Below, piece after piece: positions 58,912 through 64,000 of a stretch of 64,000 nt of DNA. The number at the start of each line of letters is the position of its first letter. Positions within the stretch are counted from its first letter, which is position 1. A program made the position numbers and the translations under genes. Under the pieces are notes generated by a model. That model had not been told where the DNA came from. It did no database searches and worked only from the letters and a program-made list of their open reading frames with translations. The stretch lies in IMG/VR virus record IMGVR_UViG_3300005918_000015, one strand, 5' to 3'. Source of the stretch: an uncultured virus (IMG/VR IMGVR_UViG_3300005918_000015) (Duplodnaviria > Heunggongvirae > Uroviricota > Caudoviricetes).

Positions 58912-60315
58912 CTAAGCCGTGGATGATGGGAATGCTGGATTATCTACATCACCCTCAACCCATTGGATCGGTTCTGTCTGGCTAGGGCTATCAGGGTCTC
59001 TATATTTTACTAAAGTTCCTTGCTTGATCATATTATGGATAGCAAATTTATTCCAAGCATAAAACCATGGCTCCCCCTTATCAGCATCAATTGGCCATTT
59101 CATCGGGCCTCTGAGAGCTGTATGGTTTGGATTCAGGTACATGACCATCTGTCCAATCAGTCTTAAAGGGTGGTCATGGAACAAGGTTGTAAGAACTGTA
59201 GATGACGATTTTGGTGAATCATATTTGTACGGAGTAAACTTAGGATCGAAACGACCAGTACCCACCACATACCCCACCCCATTAAAATCTAACCCCTGAC
59301 ACGGATAATCCGAACGGATCACAGAAAGGCATCCAATGATATCACTTTCTCTTGGTCTGATAGTTTTCTGGGTAGCTACTTTTTTATTGACTTCGTATAC
59401 AATCAAGCAATGACGCACGGGATCACCGGAGGTTTCTGCTGCTTGAGAGTCATCGTATCCGTGTAGACGGATACTAATTTTGTGGGTATGATCAAGCCGA
59501 ACTTCCGATACCACTGATTTTCCCCCCAGAGTCAATGTGATATCATGTTTGGGATTGACCCATTCAAAGATGGCTCGGACAGATTTTAGAATGGTTGTCA
59601 TTACGCAAAGCAAAGCTTCTGACTCATTAGGAACAGAGATACCCATAATGTCTTCAAGGATCGTCTGTGTGGCCTGTAACAGTGGTGGGGTAGGCTTTAG
59701 TCCTGTCAGCTTGGGTGAAGGCACTACAATACGGTCTCCAAGTATATCCTGTTGAGTTACTTTATGATCTCCTGAGCTGAAAATAGAGTCTGGGATATTT
59801 AGAAGCAAATTTTTAACTGTCTCAGAAGGGATATCAATACCAATTGCTTGGTGGAAAGGTACCTTTCCTTTAATAATAAACGTAGATGGTTCACGCATCG
59901 TGTGTTTCAACTCAAAACTTGTTATTTCTGTGCAAAGCCCACGATGGATTGGTGCAACAGCTGCTGGGATTGGTGTTGGGACGTATGGAGAGTATCCTCC
60001 AGGGGATGGTAAAATTCTAGGAGTTTTATATTCTGAGGTTGTGAACCCTTTCAGCACCCCTTTTGGCTCATCGGGGTCGTCATCATCAAGTGCAGCTACA
60101 GTATCCCAGAGTTTTTTCATACCGTGGTAATCTTTTTCATTTCTTATACCGAGGTGCTCTTTAAAACTCTGAAGGTTTTTTTCATCCTTGAGATCTTCTT
60201 CAAATTCAGCCTTTGATGTCCGAGTAATGTTTTTGTTTTTTGCTACATCGTCAGAATCTTCTGAAATTATCTTGGGTGTCGATTTTCTAATTCCTAACCA
60301 GTTTCTAAAGCCCAT
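58912..60315 (-). CDS. Hypothetical protein
   Basis: 467-aa ORF; shares DIIGC(L/I)S with neighbour 60305..61036. Confidence 0.75.
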   Translation of the reverse strand: MGFRNWLGIRKSTPKIISEDSDDVAKNKNITRTSKAEFEEDLKDEKNLQSFKEHLGIRNEKDYHGMKKLWDTVAALDDDDPDEPKGVLKGFTTSEYKTPRILPSPGGYSPYVPTPIPAAVAPIHRGLCTEITSFELKHTMREPSTFIIKGKVPFHQAIGIDIPSETVKNLLLNIPDSIFSSGDHKVTQQDILGDRIVVPSPKLTGLKPTPPLLQATQTILEDIMGISVPNESEALLCVMTTILKSVRAIFEWVNPKHDITLTLGGKSVVSEVRLDHTHKISIRLHGYDDSQAAETSGDPVRHCLIVYEVNKKVATQKTIRPRESDIIGCLSVIRSDYPCQGLDFNGVGYVVGTGRFDPKFTPYKYDSPKSSSTVLTTLFHDHPLRLIGQMVMYLNPNHTALRGPMKWPIDADKGEPWFYAWNKFAIHNMIKQGTLVKYRDPDSPSQTEPIQWVEGDVDNPAFPSSTA

Positions 60316-61036
60316 GGTTCTTTTCCTTATCTAACGGATAACGCCGTTTAAACTCAGGGAGTTGTGCCCACCCTAAATTATTTTCATTAAGAGACACAAT
60401 GTTATGTTTTTTCACATACTCAATGTTTCTGTTTTTCGGGTGAACCCATTGTTGTGTTTCCAGATCATAAAAAGTTAATTCTGTGGGTGATAATATTATG
60501 TCATTAGATGGTCGGAAATGATATTCCAAGTCTTCATCAAATTCCCTACTTAACAACATATTATCTACCCCAAGTCCATGATGTCTCATAACAGAATACT
60601 GCCGGAAGAACTGTCGGACTCCAGTGCTAACTTCATGAATGTACACCCCAAGCATTTGAGAAATACAACCAATAATGTCAGCTTCTTCGGTAGATAACAC
60701 TGTCTTATCAAACAGTACCCTTTTGCTATAGTCCATTTCATCCAGTACCTGCAACATTACTTGCAGGGTGTTCTCTCCGTTAAGGGCTATAAACACTTGA
60801 ATACGAGGGGCTAGTACCCCTGATAACAACATGATATTTTTATTGACAATAATTTCCCATTCTTTAGTGATATGAACCCAAGGCAAGATTTCAGTAGCAT
60901 GTGGGATAATACGGACAATTGCTATTGTATTTCTTGGTCCAGCAGAATAGTCAGAGTTACGTTCAAGCTCCTGTTGTGTAAATGTGAGTTCTTCAACTTG
61001 TTTGAGGAACTCAGGGATTTTATGCCTGACAGTCAT
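60305..61036 (-). CDS. Hypothetical protein
   Basis: 243-aa ORF, operon-packed. Confidence 0.7.
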   Translation of the reverse strand: MTVRHKIPEFLKQVEELTFTQQELERNSDYSAGPRNTIAIVRIIPHATEILPWVHITKEWEIIVNKNIMLLSGVLAPRIQVFIALNGENTLQVMLQVLDEMDYSKRVLFDKTVLSTEEADIIGCISQMLGVYIHEVSTGVRQFFRQYSVMRHHGLGVDNMLLSREFDEDLEYHFRPSNDIILSPTELTFYDLETQQWVHPKNRNIEYVKKHNIVSLNENNLGWAQLPEFKRRYPLDKEKNHGL

Positions 61037-63021
61037 TTTAAATCCCCTGCCACCACTCCAAGTTTTTTATCTAATGCATTCAGTATTGCTATCAAGGCAT
61101 CGGAATAGCCTTCGTTGTAAGTAGAGTATGCTTCCTTTTCTATTTGCTTTTGAAGCTGATGAATCTTGGTCAGGAGTCCTTTTCGGATTCCAGCCAGACC
61201 ACCAATAATGTTCTGGGCATCATTCCCGATGGTCAGGATGTCTTTCAAAGCAATATTGACCCGTTCTTGAGCTTCCTCTTTGATTTGATCCTCTTTACCT
61301 GATGCAGTGAAATCAGCACTCCATGTTGAAAATGACATAGCATCTAGGGTACTACTATCAGGGAACTCAAGAAAACTTGTATCTAAAAGTGGCCTGTAAC
61401 CAGGGGCTTCTGTTGCAGCAAAATGACAGCCTTGAGGGAACGGTTTTTTCAGTTTGCTTAGGACTTTTACACACTCTGGGTGTGTGCAAGGCGGATCATG
61501 AATCGTCATCGGTGCATTCGGACACCCCTTACAAGTTGGGAAAAGCAGTGGGGGTTTCATTTTTCTGTTCCTGTCAGATCAAGTTCCATATTTTCACCAA
61601 GTTCCAAGTGAGCCTCTTCGGAAGTTGCAAATTTCTCTAGTCCTATGAGGGACTTACAGATAGGGCAGTGTTCCGTAGAAATTATGTACCACTGTTCCTT
61701 TTCATCTTGGATGTTGAGTTTCACCACCTGGAAATCCAGTTCTGTTTTACATTTGGGGCATTCTTTTATCATTAACAGTTTCCAGTTCTGAGTTTTAAAA
61801 CACTTTCACCAATCATAATTGCTATAGGGATAATTTTTTCTAATGCATTAGATGCTGAAAGAGCTTCTTCGGTGTCATTGATTATGGCATCAAGGCAGTC
61901 CATTACAAAGTCTCGGACGGCCTCAACGGAAATAGAAAATTCCCCAGTGGCTATTGGAGAGTCCATCTGGCCTATAGAACTACGTGGGTGCAGACTCCCA
62001 ATTATAATCTCTGGAGTGTCTGGGTCGAAGACAAATGCCAACATGAAAGGTCCGAGTTTTTCACTGGTAATAATAGATGTTTGACGGCCTTTTATCTGTC
62101 GAATAAAAGCATTTGGGATTGAGGCCTTTCTTAGGCCTTCGTGGATAGTCCACGCCCATAAATTCTCAGTGCCTTCTTTTACGAAGGATTCGAGAGATTG
62201 GTTGATTTTTAGGTCTGGTATCATTGATTAACACCATCTTTCTTTAGCTGCTTCGTAAAGCTCAACACCATATTCAAATTTACCCAGAGTCATGTTAAGT
62301 AAAGCAGTCAGGTAAGCAGCCGTGCTTTGGTCAGGTTTCAAACCAAACCTTGCAGCCACATAATCTATGGAGTGGTGTCCACCATCAATCATTGCCCATG
62401 AATGAGCCACTTGACCGTTATAGTAGGTCACCAAGAAATGAGCATTGGTGCCACCTACCAACTCTATCAAGGAGTCAGGGAGTTTGTTGAATAGGACGGC
62501 ATAACGATAGCCGTCCCCAGGTTCCCAGACGATTGCTTGGGAGTTGGGGTCTTCAATCCCAGCATTGGTAAGTGCTACCCGACCGATTTTTTGGTCCTGT
62601 ATTTTCATTGTAGTTTTGTTTAAGTCCATTATTTTGCTGCCTTTCTTACGAATATGTAACGATGAGTAGCATCACCAACAAACCAGCGTTTTGATGCTTC
62701 AAGAGCTTCTTCATACAACCAAGCCTCTTTTGAACCTGCCAGAATCAGGAACCCGTCCAAACCGGAGTCAGAACGAAGTACCCAGCCCTGATTGTTTTTG
62801 ACCAGTTCAGCACCACGATAGCCATCACGGAATAATTCTTCCTGAGTGTCTGTCAAAGTGGCACCGTTCGACATAGCTGCTTCGGTCAGTTCGTCTATCC
62901 AATCGACAGTTTTCTGGCCAGCGGTAATTTCAAAATGTTTAGGGTCTAACATGGTTTTTCTCCTATGATTGTTAGTCTTTCTACCCCAACAACCCACAAA
63001 AAATGAAAACTAAGCCAAAAC

Positions 63022-63696
63022 TTATAGAGTACCTTCGAGACCCATGTCCACAAACTGGAATCCTTGAGCACATTTGACGCAGTTATCATGGGAGAGTAGT
63101 GTGTGTGTTTTAGAATCTCGTCTCATAAATAAAACCCCATCACCACAGATAGGACAATAAACACTATAAGTATCTTCATCTGTAGATGTCATACCCTTGT
63201 ATTTGGTGAAAACTTGGTTGTGATGTTTTTGGGTTTTGTCAGTAATGAAACCAGAAAGGTATTTTTCTTCTCCGAATACAATAGCACCAGGAGCTCGGTG
63301 CAGCACACTCATATGATATACTTCAGGAAGTTCAACCTTCACTGTATTGTTTCCCAGATAGGAATTGAATAATTGTGAAGGATTCCCACTGAATCTCAAA
63401 GGCTTGCTGGGGTCATAAGAGGCAAAATAACAATCTTGATGGTTAGGTCCCCAAATGTGCCAGCCTCCACCAAATTCAGGCAAGAAAACACCAACTCCAA
63501 AACGAACAGTCCGACCTGTGGCGTCCACAAATCGAAGCTTATAAGGAGCCCCAAATTCCGGCGGGTATGATTCCCAAACACATTCTTCTTCACCAGAATA
63601 AATGATTTTGGTTATTTTTTCACTACGATTCTCATTGGCAGGTAGCTTAATGGCCAGCCAACGGGCATCAAGTTTTAGAGTTTCAATGGGAGTCAT
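63022..63696 (-). CDS. Hypothetical protein with C-terminal zinc ribbon
   Basis: CPIC...CVKC. Confidence 0.7.
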   Translation of the reverse strand: MTPIETLKLDARWLAIKLPANENRSEKITKIIYSGEEECVWESYPPEFGAPYKLRFVDATGRTVRFGVGVFLPEFGGGWHIWGPNHQDCYFASYDPSKPLRFSGNPSQLFNSYLGNNTVKVELPEVYHMSVLHRAPGAIVFGEEKYLSGFITDKTQKHHNQVFTKYKGMTSTDEDTYSVYCPICGDGVLFMRRDSKTHTLLSHDNCVKCAQGFQFVDMGLEGTL

Positions 63697-64000
63697 AAGG
63701 AATCCTTGGTATAGGGTTTCTCAACGTCTTACCATCCTCTGACAAAGCCAGTATGAGATGGTCTCCACAACAGAACGTGACAATCTGGCCATCATGTTCC
63801 CAATCAATAACGAAAGGAATATCTTTTTTAGTCAAATATGTTAACATTTCTTCTGCCGTTTTGGGGATTTCAGACTCTACCACAGGTATCCCTTTATTGC
63901 ATACTGCACAGGATACAATGACTTCCTCTGGAGATTTCTTAGGGGTGTGTTTGTGCTTATTTCGTTTCTTTTTTGTCATCTTAATCCCATTCAAACCCAC

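Larger units (their letters stand above)
39156..64000 (-). other. Hypervariable block of dozens of small co-oriented hypothetical genes (many Cys-rich or single-TM), divided into units by 11 copies of the 35-bp element
   Basis: Tightly packed minus-strand ORFs with RBSs. Element copies at 41812, 42996, 43750, 45182, 45889, 47694, 50645, 53444, 54553, 58884 and 62982. Confidence 0.8.

Noticed and set aside
3399..63016. The 35-bp repeat as a CRISPR array or integron attC sites
   Set aside because: Copies are dispersed hundreds to thousands of bases apart, have a variable internal 8 nt and are not palindromic. No cas or integrase gene is visible.
7550..64000. Alternative genetic code (stop-codon reassignment)
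   Set aside because: Known enzymes are full length in the standard code, all three stops terminate genes, and no suppressor tRNA was seen.

Overview
This window looks like part of a large (jumbo-type) bacteriophage genome. The genes are densely packed, mostly short and mostly on the minus strand, and no host housekeeping operons are present. (1) 1-7530 is a minus-strand array of 12 canonical CCA-ending tRNAs. Interleaved with them are at least six aberrant tRNA-like RNAs, several long-stem structured ncRNA candidates, an HNH endonuclease and a GNAT acetyltransferase. The array is headed by what looks like a ribosome-coupled attenuator: a promoter, a 51-codon leader peptide whose 3' end carries a perfect 13-nt antiterminator, and a strong intrinsic terminator. 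(2) 7550-24947 is a ~17 kb NAD+/ADP-ribose module: pncB, nadE, pncA, nadD, nrtR, a macrodomain-thioesterase fusion and an ADP-ribosylglycohydrolase. A vWA/PP2C/kinase (TerY-P-like) triad is interwoven, and an NrtR-type operator sits inside the sigma70-like promoter at the head of the module. (3) 25135-30759 is a divergent plus-strand block (methyltransferase, HU, HD hydrolase). (4) 30942-36300 holds proteins sharing an N-terminal peptide, a strand-composition switch and a sigma-factor-like gene. (5) 36300-64000 holds small hypervariable genes arranged in units by a conserved 35-bp promoter-like element, found 18 times in the window. All calls are by eye from motifs and base pairing; no searches were run.
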